In this document: positions 9,279-20,400 of the stretch, in pieces | Layout: the number at the start of each line of letters is the position of its first letter | Numbering within the stretch: the stretch's first letter is position 1 | NCBI GenBank assembly: GCA_965204535.1 | Contig: CBDBEV010000001.1 | Location: 1-64,000, forward strand | From: a bacterium | GTDB lineage: Bacteria; UBA8248 | Direction: 5' to 3' | DNA length: 64,000 nt | Position numbers and translations under genes: made by a program | The notes under the pieces: model-generated | The model's database searches: none | Seen by the model: only the letters and a program-made list of their open reading frames with translations | What the model was told of the DNA's origin: nothing

Positions 9279-9441
9279 TTTCTTCTCTTTTAACGTAGAA
9301 AAATTAAATCACGAATAAATATGATGGATAATAATATTATTCAGATTCTCAAATATATTAAGAAATTGCCACCTCAAAAATAAGTGAATTTTGTTAACTT
9401 TGCTTAATTAATCCCTTTATGATTCGCAGTCGAAGAGAAGA

Positions 9442-10329
9442 ATGAAGACAACCGAGGAAGCTACCAAGGGCCTTTTTGTACTGGCTGGACGGGTGCCATT
9501 GAATATTGCGCCTGAGAAAGCCGAAGAACTAGTAAAGGAGGTGTTCGGCAACGATGAATGGGAACTGCGACCAAGCCGGACTAAAGCCAATTTCTACGCT
9601 GTAGTCGAAGAGCGGGCAGTATATCTGTCGTTCGCTGGGTTAGCGAGTCTGTGGTGTCTAACATTCACTGCATATTGTGTAATGGATATTGCCTCTCGAA
9701 GTACACGTGACAATGACTTTCAGGGGTCTCAAATCGATATCAGCAATCAGTGGAACGAACTGAAGCTTGATGCTTACCTGAACTATGCCCGCCGCCTTTT
9801 CCGCGCTGATGAGCAGTGGCCGGAAGGACTCAGAGCGCCAGTAAGTGATGCAGAATTTGACTCTGTTGATGGGCGAATCAACAATCTTTTTTATGGCTCT
9901 CTAAGTTGGATTCTGCTTCACGAAATTGCTCATATTTATCACGGAGATTTGCGGTTACTGCCGGCTTCGATGAAAGTTGTGCAAGAGTTTCGAGCGGATG
10001 AATTCGCTACGAATTGGATTTTAGATAATGCTGGTTCTGGCCGTCAGCGAGAGTTTCGAGCACTTGCGATCACAGTTGCCCATGCTTGGCTCTTGTTGCA
10101 TGAGGCAACGATAGGCCGAGGCTATGACCATCCGTTGGCGTTACAACGATTTTTAGGAGCTGTAAATCAGTTGGAATTGAAAAATCGAAGCACCGCGCTG
10201 GAAAATGCCGCCTATATGCTAAAGGCGATCTTCGATCCCGAATCAGTGATGCCGACGGCGTTGTTGGCGCATGAAGCATTCGAGTGGGTGAGTAAACGGA
10301 TTGCCGAGCAGTTCAGAGAGACACATTAG
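9442..10329 (+). CDS. Lit-family (peptidase U49) phage-exclusion metalloprotease
   Basis: WILLHEIAH (HExxH), EFRADEFATNWIL and YDHP..QR motifs; ~295 aa like E. coli e14 Lit. Confidence 0.8.
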   Translation: MKTTEEATKGLFVLAGRVPLNIAPEKAEELVKEVFGNDEWELRPSRTKANFYAVVEERAVYLSFAGLASLWCLTFTAYCVMDIASRSTRDNDFQGSQIDISNQWNELKLDAYLNYARRLFRADEQWPEGLRAPVSDAEFDSVDGRINNLFYGSLSWILLHEIAHIYHGDLRLLPASMKVVQEFRADEFATNWILDNAGSGRQREFRALAITVAHAWLLLHEATIGRGYDHPLALQRFLGAVNQLELKNRSTALENAAYMLKAIFDPESVMPTALLAHEAFEWVSKRIAEQFRETH

Positions 10330-10479
10330 AAGAGTCCAATCTCTTCTATATGTACCGCTCGGTAGCCAACCGACGGGAGATTCAGTTTACTTTATTCATG
10401 AATAGTACCGCAATCAATCGTGCATTCCGAGAGTCTCGTGGCATTGAAGTCTACCTTTGGACGCATCATGTTCTGCGCG

Positions 10480-10710
10480 TTAAACTTGGCACCGCAGCAG
10501 CGACTCCAGAAAGCCCAATACCTTCCCCCGCGTCAGCTTCTTGCGGAACGCGACAGACCCGTCCGGGCGCGCCCCGTCGATTTGAAAACCCGTTTCGCCA
10601 GAGCGATCCCGAAGATGTGTAACTGTTCATGAATTCCCTTCCTGCAGGGCGGTAAACTATGTCGCCTTACCACAGTGTGATATTGCGAGGAGGGCACGTC
10701 CACCCCATCG
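10480..10710 (-). pseudogene. IS110/IS1111-family remnant (left end plus frameshifted transposase N-terminus)
   Basis: Minus strand reads IFGIALAKRV / FQIDGARPDGSVAFRKKLTRGKVLGFLESLLRC across a frameshift (cf. GIDLAK.VFQ.HG). Upstream GATGGGGTGGACG resembles an IS1111-type end. Confidence 0.75.
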
Positions 10711-10862
10711 GATACGGACAGGAACCCTCCGAGATGCGCAGGAGTTTGAATTCATCCGCTTCCGATTTGATTACTTCTTACAGAGAGCTAATTCCGATCA
10801 AGATCAAGAACCACACATATTTCTCAATAATATCAACGGAATAGCGGAATTCCCTACCTGCC

Positions 10863-10903
10863 GAAAATCCCCCACCCTCTCTAACCACGCGGGAGAGCGG
10901 GAT
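10863..10903 (+). repeat. 41-bp direct repeat, copy 1 (copy 2 at 12622-12662)
   Basis: GAAAATCCCCCACCCTCTCTAACCACGCGGGAGAGCGGGAT; 37/41 identical to copy 2. Confidence 0.9.
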
Positions 10904-11051
10904 TCGCCGAAGGTCTCGCGCCGTGATTTCGCTTGGACGGTACGCTTGATTCGGGGACCGGGCCGGTCTATGATGGAGGCCACGTTCACGAGCAGTCTGT
11001 GGACCGGAACCGTGCAGGGGATACCAGACCACCCGCCCGCAAGGCGAACGA

Positions 11052-11969
11052 ATGACCGGAGAGCTTCCCTTCGACACTTCCGATCTGGAATCGTCGGCGA
11101 TTTCCCCCTTCAGGGAGCTGGGCGCCTACGAGGCGCTCTGGAACGAGGAGGGGATGTCTTTCCGGAAACTCGCGGAAAGGCGCCGCCGGCGGCCCGGTTC
11201 CATGCTGTCCGATTTCGTGTCGAGGTCGGACGCCCGCGACTTCGCCCACCGCGTTCGCGACATGCTGTCCGAGGCCGGAATCGAGGGGTTCGGCATACGC
11301 GTGCACGGCGCGGGAGAATACCCCCTCAAGCTCAGGGATGCCGCGAACCCCGTGGAGTTGCTCTATTACCGGGGCTGGTGGGACCTGGTTCATACGCGCT
11401 GCGTGGCGGTGGTCGGCGCGAGGAAAGCCTCACCGGAAGGGATCGCGCGCACGCGCCGTCTGGTCGGGAAGCTCGTCGCCGACGATTTCACGGTTGTTTC
11501 GGGACTGGCCGGAGGGGTCGATGCGGCCGCGCACGCCGCGGCGATCGACTCGGGCGGCAGGACGATAGGGGTGATGGGAACGCCGATATCCCGGGCCTAC
11601 CCGCAAGCGAATGCGGAACTCCAGGAGCGGATCGCCGCCGGGCATCTGCTGATCAGCCAGGTTCCCGTCTGGCGTCATTCCCGGCAGGGCCCGAAGAGAA
11701 ACAGGCTTTTCTTCCCGGAGCGCAACATCACGATGTCGGCCCTCACCGAGGCGACCGTCATCGTCGAGGCCGGCGAGACGTCGGGGACGCTGATCCAGGC
11801 GCGCGCCGCGCTGCAACAGGGGCGGAAGCTGTTCATTCTCGACAACTGCTTCCAGAATCCGAAACTCGCGTGGCCCGCGAAATTCGCCGGGAAAGGCGCC
11901 GTCCGGGTCCGGGAATACAGCGACATCGGGCGGCATCTTGACGACGCTCAGACTCTCCAGGATCGATGA
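11052..11969 (+). CDS. DprA/Smf-like (SLOG) protein, ShosA-like antitoxin
   Basis: YPLKLRDA..LYYRG, VAVVGAR, VVSGLAGGVDAAAH, FPERN, IVEAGETSGTLIQAR; no C-terminal winged helix. Confidence 0.9.
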   Translation: MTGELPFDTSDLESSAISPFRELGAYEALWNEEGMSFRKLAERRRRRPGSMLSDFVSRSDARDFAHRVRDMLSEAGIEGFGIRVHGAGEYPLKLRDAANPVELLYYRGWWDLVHTRCVAVVGARKASPEGIARTRRLVGKLVADDFTVVSGLAGGVDAAAHAAAIDSGGRTIGVMGTPISRAYPQANAELQERIAAGHLLISQVPVWRHSRQGPKRNRLFFPERNITMSALTEATVIVEAGETSGTLIQARAALQQGRKLFILDNCFQNPKLAWPAKFAGKGAVRVREYSDIGRHLDDAQTLQDR

Positions 11970-12561
11970 CCTGACGCGCGGGGACCACTCGCGCCTCGAG
12001 CGTGAAGACCGGTGTTATTTCCTCGGGGAGTACACGCCGCGGGAGGGGTTTTCCTTCAGCGATACGAACGGCCTCGTATCGGATTTCAAGAAGCCGGTGA
12101 CGAAAAAAGGGAAACCCGAATGGAAATGGAAAGAGCGCGCGATCCGCGAGGTGGCGGCGCTGTTTCGGAAATCGATTCCCCTGAACCCTCTCCGGAACAT
12201 GACCCTGGTTCCCATCCCGCCGTCAAGGGCGAGAGACGATCCGGAACACGACGACCGGATGCTGCGCGCGCTCCGTCAACTCGGAAGAGGAGAGGAGTTC
12301 GACGTTCGTGAGTTGATCCTGCAGCACGAAAGCACGGAGGCGGCCCACACGAGCGCGCGCCGGCCCGGCGTGGGGGATCTCGTCGGCAACTACCGCATCG
12401 ACGAGAGCCTGGCGGAACCGCCTCCCCGAGACGTCGCGCTGTTCGATGACGTGCTTACCAGCGGCGCCCATTTCAAGGCGGCGCAAAGCGTTCTCCGTGA
12501 CCGGTACCCGGATGTTTTCGTCGTCGGGATTTTCATCGCCCGGCGCGTGATAAACAGATGA
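11938..12561 (+). CDS. ComF-like phosphoribosyltransferase-fold protein (ShosT-like toxin)
   Basis: LVPIPPS and PRPP-binding loop VALFDDVLTSGAHF; overlaps the dprA-like gene. Confidence 0.85.
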   Translation: MTTLRLSRIDDLTRGDHSRLEREDRCYFLGEYTPREGFSFSDTNGLVSDFKKPVTKKGKPEWKWKERAIREVAALFRKSIPLNPLRNMTLVPIPPSRARDDPEHDDRMLRALRQLGRGEEFDVRELILQHESTEAAHTSARRPGVGDLVGNYRIDESLAEPPPRDVALFDDVLTSGAHFKAAQSVLRDRYPDVFVVGIFIARRVINR

Positions 12562-12621
12562 TACGCCGCAGGACGACTCCGGGATGAACGCGGCGTTGCG
12601 CGCAAGGATGCCGCGCCCGCT

Positions 12622-12662
12622 GAAAATCCCCCACCCTCTATAAACACGCGGAAGAGCCGGAT
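12622..12662 (+). repeat. 41-bp direct repeat, copy 2
   Basis: GAAAATCCCCCACCCTCTATAAACACGCGGAAGAGCCGGAT. Confidence 0.9.
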
Positions 12663-12741
12663 GCGCGCCCCCTCCCGCCGGGAGGGGGGCCGCGATGAAG
12701 CGGGGCGGGAGGAACGGCCCGCGCTTCCCCCGGGTCCGCCC

Positions 12742-15700
12742 CTACCACCGCATCGAGCCCCTGAGCGCCACGCCGTGGACGGAAGCGCCCCCGTCCCTCT
12801 CGCGCAGGTCGCCCTCGAGGCTCATGGTGAGGGACTCGGCGAGCCGGAAGCGCCCGCCGGCGCGGTACGTCTCCCCGCTCCCGGTGAGGGTGAAGCCGGT
12901 GTAGGGCGTCAGGAGTCCGCCCCAGGCGTCGAGGCCCCAGCCCGCCTCGGCGTCGAAGCCCGCCACGGGGTCGAACGCTCCTCCCGCGAAGCTCCCCCCG
13001 GCCCGGGACCAGAGCCGCTCGGCGCCGCCCGCGGCCGCGCCCCAGGAAGAACCCGCCCGGAGCGTGAGGCCCCGTCCGTCCGAACCCGGCGCGTACCCCA
13101 CCGAGGCGCTCACGCCCCATTCCTCATAACCGCCGGCGCCGTGGGCGATGAGGCCGCGCGCTCTCACCTCCGCCGTCAGGGCGCCCGAGGTCCAGCGCAG
13201 GCCGCCGCCCGCCTCGACGCCCCCGCCCGTCTCCGCGTCGCCCGAATCGTTCCGGAACCCTATCTCCACCGAGGGCGTCAGCACCGCATCGCCCATCTTG
13301 TACGAGCGCGAACCCTCGAGGGCGAGCCGCACCCGGCTCGTCCCCGCTTCGGTCTCCGCCAGGCCCGCCGCGGCGTCCGAGCGCGTGTCCGTCACGAGGA
13401 CGTCCGCGCGGAGCGCGAGCTCGAACCCGCCCGGCGCCCGCGCGGGCAGGAGGACGCCGCGCGCCCCTCCCGCCGCCACCCCCATATCGAGGTCGGCGTC
13501 CATCGACTCAGCCCCCCCGGGCGTGAGCGTCATCCCGCCCGAACCCAGGCCCACCACGCCCCAGAGCGAGAACGACCCGCTCACCCGGTAGCGCGCGTAG
13601 GGCCAGACGCCCGTGAGGGTGCTCTCCACCTCGCCCGCGCAGCCCGTATCGCACGCGCCGCCCATTTTGTACGAGCCGTCGCCCGAACTCCGCGAGAGCG
13701 CCACGCCCACCAGCCAGCGCGACCGCTCGTAGTCGAAGCCCACGGTCGCCGTCGTCACGTCGCCCTCGAGCGAGAGACCGCCCCCGGCGCCCTCGAACGA
13801 GGAGCGCGCGCCCCGGCCCCACAGCGACCAGCGCGAGCCGGCGTCCATATTCTCCGCCGAGGCCATGTGAAACGAACTCGCGAGCAGGAGTTCGCTCATC
13901 GAGACCTCGCGCACCGAAGGCGCCGGCATCTCCTCGCCGCGCCCGAGACGGGCGTCCCTCTCCTTGAGCAGGGCCTCGGCGAGGCGCGACTCGATGGCCT
14001 CGCGCTCCGCCTTGCCGCCCGTGAGGCTGTGGCCGCCCAGCACGACGCCCGGGGCGGCGCCGCCCCCGATGCGCGCGCCCACCGCTTCCACCACGTTCTC
14101 CGCCGCCGTGCGCCCGAAGCGCGAGAGCCACATCCTTTGCAGCGGGTCGTCGTTCCTGATGACCCCCTTCGCCTCGCGGTGCATCTTGCGCAGATACGCC
14201 CCCTTCGGGTTCGAGAGCGTGAGCTTGAACGTCTCCTTGCCCTCGTCGACCGCGTCGTCGAGCAGCGCCACCGGGACCGTCTTCGCCGTCTCGCCCGGCG
14301 CGAAGACGAGCGTGCCCGACGCGGCCGTGTAGTCCGCCCCCGCCGCCGCCGTGCCGTCGGCCGTCGCGTAGTCCACCGACACCGGCCCCGACGCCGCCCG
14401 GCTCAGCGTCACCGCGAAGTCGAGCGAGGCGTCCTTGCCCTCCTTCGCCCGCGCGTCCGCGACCCGGATCCGCGCCGGGCCCCGGACCGTCGCCGACGCC
14501 GCGCCGAGCGCTATCTTCACGTCCTTCCAGGACTCCGGCTTGACGCGCACCCGCCACAGCACCGGGTCCAGCGACTCCACGCCCGTGACCTTCCCGGCCG
14601 TCACCTTGAACGCCTCGGGGGCGGGCTTCGAGCCCGACTGCACCTCCAGCGCGAACGCCGTCCGCCCGTCATGCTCCGCCGGGACCTTGCCGAACTCTAC
14701 CGCCACGGTCTGGGTTGCCGCCCGCGGCGTCGTCTGCTCGCCCTTCACACGGACCCACCCGCTCGAGTGCTCGCTGCGCTCCGAGCGGAGCCGGCCCACG
14801 AAGGCGCGCACGAACACCCCGGTCGCCACGCCGTTCCTCAGCCCGGTGATGGTGTAGCCGTTCACACCGGCCTCCACGGCAACGCCGTTGTTGCCCGACG
14901 GGTTGGCCCACACGCCCGCCTCCTGGCTCCAGCGCAGCGCGTGCTGCACCCGCTCCGCAGCGACGCGCGGGTGCGCCACCGCCGTCCAGCTCACCGTCAG
15001 GCTGCCGTCGCCCGGCACCACCCGCACGTCGGCCGGCTCCGGCGTGACCAACACCTCCTGCTGCTGCTGCGGACCCGCCGCGACCCTCGCACTCGACGTG
15101 TTCGACAGCGCCCGCCCGTCCGGCGTGCACACCGCGCCCGACGGCTCGTCGTCGCAGTCCCGTCCGCCCGCGAGCGTCACCGTCACGTCGCTCGGCGACG
15201 TCGGCCGCACCGTGACCCGCCACAGCCCGGCGCCGATCTGCTCAACGCCCGTCACCCGGCCCTGCGTCACCGCGAACGACCACGCGCGCGGCGACCGGCT
15301 GAAACTCCCCACCGTCTCGCTCAGACGCACCAGGATCGCGAACTCCGTGCCGTCATGCTCCTCCGGCACGTCCTCGAAGACCGCCGTCAGCGGGTCGCCC
15401 TGCTGCTCCCCGCCGGAGCCCGGCCCCTCGCCGCCCTCGAACTCCGCGGCCCCGGACCCGCCGCCGTAGGCGCTGCCGACGTTGATGTCGTACGTCACCG
15501 ACGACCTCCCCCGCGGCAGGTACACGGTGACCTGGTTTGTCATTATCTGGTTCTCCACGTCCTTCGGGACTCCGAGAAGGCACAGGTTGAACGTGGTGCT
15601 CCGCTGCCCCGCCTGGATGTAGGCCATCGGATACTTGCGATCCGGGTGCTCGTTGACCGCGCGAGTGGCCGGGTCCAACGGATCCATCGGATCGCAATGG

Positions 15701-17166
15701 CTTACCAGGTCGGGATCCCTCAGGTCCGTCCACACACGGCTGCCGACCCTGCCGTACGTGGACAGGGACATGATGGTCTCCGCGGCGACCGCCGTGGGCA
15801 CCGACACGGTCACCGTGTGGGTGCGCGGCGCCGGGCTCGTCACGGTCACGGTCACAGGCTCCGGCACCTCGACCACGGCCAGAGTCACCGCGAAGTTGCT
15901 CGCCCACACGGCGGGGTTTCGTTGTGGGTCGGTGGGGTGTGGATGACCGTAGGAGCCCCAGCGCATGTCGTCGACGGGCCAGGAGGCGGTGGCCGAAGTG
16001 CCACTGGCGGTCAGAGTCCTCAGGGGGAACCGCCTTTCGGCGCCAGCGGGATACTTGACGATCAGCATCAGCGACCTTGCAGCGGTGATCGCGGCGGCGC
16101 TGCCCGAGCTCAAGCCCGCGAACAGAGTGCCGTTGCGGTGATAGAAATCGCTGATGGTGTAGGTATTGCCCGCGTAAGTGAACCTGTTGGCGCCCATCGC
16201 GAGGGGGCAAGTGCCCCCCGACACACCGGTCCGGCAGCCGGACGAGTCCGTGCCCCATCGCGTCGGCTCGAGGGCCTTCGCCGCCATCGTGGTGGACCAG
16301 ATCTGGTTCTTGTCGTGATGCCGGGTCCCGTCCGGCCACAACCACGGCGACTTCGCCGGAATCTCCAGCTTCACCGCGACCTGCTGGCCGTCGGTCCATT
16401 GCGGGTCGACATACCAGTTGTGCCAACCGGTATCGCTAAATCTAACAACTCCACCAACGGGTAGCCGCACAGTGCCGAGATGCAACACCATCCCGTCAAA
16501 CTTCGACCCTGGTTCCGGGGCCGGTGACGTCGCGCTCGGTTGTATCCCGCGCAACTTCAACGATACCCTACCATTGTTGTAAAAAAGGTCTGTAACGGTA
16601 TATCTCTCACCGTTGTGCTGGAGTTCATTTTCCGTGAGCAGCGAGGGGCAGTTCGAGGTAGCGCAACCGAGATACGCCCCGTCGTCGTCGATATCATCGA
16701 CTGTCAGCGTCGCCGACCAGATCTGGGACTGCGCCTGGGCGGGCGCGGCCGCGAACAGGCCGAGCGCGCCGAGCACCAGCGCGAGGACGGGGAGCAGCGC
16801 GGGGCGGCGCCACGGAGACGCGGCCCGGCGCGCCGGGACCCTGCCGCCCCGGACTCGACGAAGCAGCCGCCGGATGGGGGAAGAGGGAGAGGAGCTTGCG
16901 TGCGCGCCCGCGGGAGCGGCGGCAGGCTCAGGCGGGAGGGAGCCCCTCGACAAACCCGGGACGGGCTCCGCCGGGGTTCGGGAAGCCGGCTTGCGGTGCC
17001 CGGGGCTCATGCCGTTCTCTTCTTCGGATGACGGATGACGGATGACGGATGACGGATGACGGATGACGGATGACGGATGACGGATGACGGATGACGGATG
17101 ACGGACTGTAGCCGATGCCGCCTCCGCTTGCAAGTCCCGGTTGGCTTCTCTCGAGCGCTGTCTCAT
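12742..17166 (-). CDS. Large autotransporter-like adhesin 1 (FN3 and Calx-beta domains, C-terminal beta-barrel)
   Basis: Signal peptide ..LGLFAAAPAQA; FN3 (PGDGSLTVSWTA..ITGLRNG); Calx-beta (VSVDYATADGTA..DYTAASGTLVFAPGET); amphipathic barrel strands ending ..RGSMRW. Confidence 0.88.
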   Translation of the reverse strand: MRQRSREANRDLQAEAASATVRHPSSVIRHPSSVIRHPSSVIRHPSSEEENGMSPGHRKPASRTPAEPVPGLSRGSLPPEPAAAPAGAHASSSPSSPIRRLLRRVRGGRVPARRAASPWRRPALLPVLALVLGALGLFAAAPAQAQSQIWSATLTVDDIDDDGAYLGCATSNCPSLLTENELQHNGERYTVTDLFYNNGRVSLKLRGIQPSATSPAPEPGSKFDGMVLHLGTVRLPVGGVVRFSDTGWHNWYVDPQWTDGQQVAVKLEIPAKSPWLWPDGTRHHDKNQIWSTTMAAKALEPTRWGTDSSGCRTGVSGGTCPLAMGANRFTYAGNTYTISDFYHRNGTLFAGLSSGSAAAITAARSLMLIVKYPAGAERRFPLRTLTASGTSATASWPVDDMRWGSYGHPHPTDPQRNPAVWASNFAVTLAVVEVPEPVTVTVTSPAPRTHTVTVSVPTAVAAETIMSLSTYGRVGSRVWTDLRDPDLVSHCDPMDPLDPATRAVNEHPDRKYPMAYIQAGQRSTTFNLCLLGVPKDVENQIMTNQVTVYLPRGRSSVTYDINVGSAYGGGSGAAEFEGGEGPGSGGEQQGDPLTAVFEDVPEEHDGTEFAILVRLSETVGSFSRSPRAWSFAVTQGRVTGVEQIGAGLWRVTVRPTSPSDVTVTLAGGRDCDDEPSGAVCTPDGRALSNTSSARVAAGPQQQQEVLVTPEPADVRVVPGDGSLTVSWTAVAHPRVAAERVQHALRWSQEAGVWANPSGNNGVAVEAGVNGYTITGLRNGVATGVFVRAFVGRLRSERSEHSSGWVRVKGEQTTPRAATQTVAVEFGKVPAEHDGRTAFALEVQSGSKPAPEAFKVTAGKVTGVESLDPVLWRVRVKPESWKDVKIALGAASATVRGPARIRVADARAKEGKDASLDFAVTLSRAASGPVSVDYATADGTAAAGADYTAASGTLVFAPGETAKTVPVALLDDAVDEGKETFKLTLSNPKGAYLRKMHREAKGVIRNDDPLQRMWLSRFGRTAAENVVEAVGARIGGGAAPGVVLGGHSLTGGKAEREAIESRLAEALLKERDARLGRGEEMPAPSVREVSMSELLLASSFHMASAENMDAGSRWSLWGRGARSSFEGAGGGLSLEGDVTTATVGFDYERSRWLVGVALSRSSGDGSYKMGGACDTGCAGEVESTLTGVWPYARYRVSGSFSLWGVVGLGSGGMTLTPGGAESMDADLDMGVAAGGARGVLLPARAPGGFELALRADVLVTDTRSDAAAGLAETEAGTSRVRLALEGSRSYKMGDAVLTPSVEIGFRNDSGDAETGGGVEAGGGLRWTSGALTAEVRARGLIAHGAGGYEEWGVSASVGYAPGSDGRGLTLRAGSSWGAAAGGAERLWSRAGGSFAGGAFDPVAGFDAEAGWGLDAWGGLLTPYTGFTLTGSGETYRAGGRFRLAESLTMSLEGDLRERDGGASVHGVALRGSMRW
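17025..17101 (+). repeat. Heptamer microsatellite (CGGATGA)x11 in the 5' region of adhesin 1
   Basis: 77 nt of perfect repeat; translates as VIRHPSS repeats on the minus strand. Confidence 0.97.
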
Positions 17167-17406
17167 TTTCCTGATCTCCTTCCCGGTATTGTGATTTTTC
17201 GCGATGGAGCCGTCCGGCTCCTCTTCAGGTGGAACGTCTGTTTACAGGGCCGCCCCCGCCTCTCCGCGCGTCGTTCAGCACGGGGAGGAAACGCTTCGCC
17301 TCACGCGCCAGGCCCCCGGAACGGCGCCGGCGGGACGACCCGCCGGGAGGGGGGCCGCGATGAGGCGGACCGGGAGGGACGGCCTGCGCTACCCCCGGTT
17401 CCGCTA

Positions 17407-20400
17407 CTACCACCGTTTCGAGCCTTTGAGCAGGAGGCCGCCTTCGGGTCTCCCGCCGCCCGCCTGTTCGGTGAGGCTCGCCTCGAGGCTCACCTCCGTG
17501 GCCGCCCCGGGCTTCCACCGCGCTCCCGCGCGCCAGGTCTCCCCGTTCCCCGAGACCGCCACGCCCGTATAGGGCGTCAGCAGCCCGCGCGGGGCGTCCA
17601 GGCCCCAGGCCGCCTCGGCCTCGAAGCCCGCGGCGCCCGGCTCGAACGCACCGGCAGGCGCCAGGCCCGCCGCCTGCGACCAGAGCCGCTCCGCACCACC
17701 GGCGGAGGCGCCCCACGAGGAGCCCGCCCGGAGCGTGAGGCCCCGTCCCCCGGAGCCGGGAGCGTACGCCACCGAGGCGCTCACGCCCCATTCCTCATAA
17801 CCGCCCTCGTTGTGGGAGATGAGGCCGCGCGCGCGCACCTCCGTCGTCAGGGCCCCCGAGGTCCAGCGGACAGAGCCGCCGGCCTCCACCCCGCCGCCCG
17901 TCTCCGCGTCGCCCGAATCGTTCCGGAACCCTATCTCCACCGAGGGCGTCAGCACCGCATCGCCGAACCGGAGCGAGCGCGAACCCTCGAGGGCGAGCCG
18001 CACCCGGCTCGTCCCGGTTTCGGTCTCCGCCAGGCCCGCCGCGGCGTCCGAGCGCGTGTCCGTCACCAGTACGTCCGCGCGAAGGGCGAGCTCGAACCCG
18101 CCCGGCGCCCGCGCGGGCAGGAGGACGCCGCGCGCGCCCCCCGCCGCCATTCCCATGTCGAGGTCGGCGTCCACCGGGGACGCGCCCCCGGGCGTGAGCG
18201 TCATCCCGCCCGAACCCAGGCCCACCACGCCCCAGAGCGAGAACGACCCGCTCAGACGGTAGCGCGCGTAGGGGTAGACGCCCGTCAGCGTGCTCTCCAA
18301 CTCGCCCGCATCGCCCGCGCCGTCCGCCTTGTACGAGCCGTCGCCCGAACTCCGCGCGAGCGCCACGCCCACCAGCCAGCGCGCGCGCTCGTAGTCCGCG
18401 CCCAGCGCCGCCGTCGTCACGTCGCCCTCTAGCGTGAGGACGCCCTCCTTGCCGCTGAACGAGGAGCGCGCCCCGCGGCCCCACACCGACCAGCGCCCCG
18501 GGGAGGCGCCCGCGTCACCCGCCGAGGCCATGTGAAACGAACTGCCCAGGAGGAGTTCGCTCATCGAGACCTCGCGCACCGTGAGCGGCGCGTCTTCCCC
18601 GCGCTCGAGCCGGGCGCCGGCCTCGCGCCGGTAGCGTTCCGCCAGGCGCGCGAGGAGCGCCTCGCGGCCGGCGGAGCCGTCCAGGCCCAGTTCCTGCCCG
18701 CCCAGCACCATCCCCGCCGCCCCGGCGCCGCCCTCGATGCGCGCGCCCACCGCTTCCACCACGTTCTCCGCCGCCGTCCGCCCGAAGCGCGCGAGCCACG
18801 CCCCCGGCATCGGGTCGTCGTTCGCGATCACCCCCTTCGCCTCGCGGTGGATGCCCCGCAGATACGCCCCTTGCGGGTTCGACAGCCGGAGCACGAACGT
18901 CTCCTTGCCCTCGTCGATGGCGTCGTCGAGGATCGCCACGCGCACCGTCCTCGCCGTCTCGCCCGGCGCGAAGGTCAGGGTGCCCGACGTGGCCGTGTAG
19001 TCCTCGCCCGCCGTGGCCGTGCCGTCGGCGGTCGCGTAGTCCACCGAGACCGCGCCCGACGCCGCGCGGCTCAGCGTCACCGCGAAGTCGAGCGAGGCGT
19101 CCTTGCCCTCCTTCGCCCGGGCGTCCGCGACCCGGACCCGCACCGGGCCGCCGATCTTCGCGACCGGCGCGTTCGCGAGCGCCCGCCCGCCGGCCGCGCA
19201 CACCGCGCCCTCCTCCGCGCAGCCGCGGCCGTCCGCCAGCGTCACCGTCACGTCGCGCCACGCATCGGGCTTCACCTTCACCCGCCACAGGCCCGCCTCG
19301 ATGCGCTCCACCTTCCGCGCCTGGCCGGCGCGCACCTTGAACGACGCCGGGACCGGCGCCACCGCGCCCTCGCCCAGCGCCTCGCTGAAGCGCACCTTCA
19401 GCCAGAACGCCCCGCTGCCGTCGTGCTCCGGGGGCGCCCCCTCGAACGCCGCCGTCAGCGGCGGACCCGCGCGCGCCACCGTCACCGCGTAGGTCCTCAC
19501 CGTCCCGTCGGCGGCGGTGACCTCGACCGCGAGCGCGTTGTCGCCCACCGCGAGCGCGATCGCGCCGCTCGACCCGCCGGCCGCCACCGCGGACAGACTC
19601 GTCCCCCTGCCGGCCCTGACCGCCGCGCCCGCGTCGTTCGCCGTCGGCGTCAGCCTGGCGTGGGTCGCGCCGTGCGGCACCGAAGCGCTGTAGCTCGCGG
19701 TCGCCGGCGAGAACGCCGGGCTCAGCGCGAGCGCATCGCCGAACGACGCGCCGTCGCCGCTCGTGCTCCCGGTCAGGGCGCTCAGCGTCGCGTCCGAGGA
19801 CGCCTGCTGCTGCTGCGCCCCGTCGTCGGTGATCGTCACCTCCACCGAGGACGACGCGCCCGCGCTCAGCCCCGAAGGCAGGCTGCCCAGCGCCACCGTG
19901 AACGTCTCGTCGTCCCCGTCGGCGTCGTCGCCCGTCGCGATCGTGCCCGAGGCCGACGTGAAGCCGGCGGGCACCGTGACCGACGCCAGCGTCCCGTGGT
20001 CCCCGTCCTCCGACGTGCCCCGGGTCACGGTGAGCGGAATCGCCACGTCCGCCGCCAGCGCCTTCGCCAGCACCGCCGTCACCGTGACCGGCGAGCCTTC
20101 CGCCACCGGGTTCGGCGTGGCCGACAGCGACACCGCGACCGCGGCCGGCGCCCCGGTCACGTCGATGCGGTAGGTCTTCCGGCCGCTTGAACCCACCGCC
20201 ATCACCCACAGCTCGGTCGTGCCGCCGTCCGGCGCCAGCGCCAGATCGAGCGCCGTCCCCGAGGGCCGCACCCGCGCCGGGCGCGTGAAGGTCGCCGCGC
20301 CCCAGCGCGAGCCCGCGAACACGCTCGCCTCGCCGCTCCAGCGCGGCGCCAGCGTCACGCCCGCCGTCCCCGCCGGCACCGACGCCCGGTAGAACGTCAC

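Noticed and set aside
11052-12561. Natural-competence dprA/comF genes
   Set aside because: The short DprA lacks a C-terminal domain, the PRTase lacks the ComF zinc finger, the genes overlap and the context is a defence island, all of which fit a TA or defence pair better.
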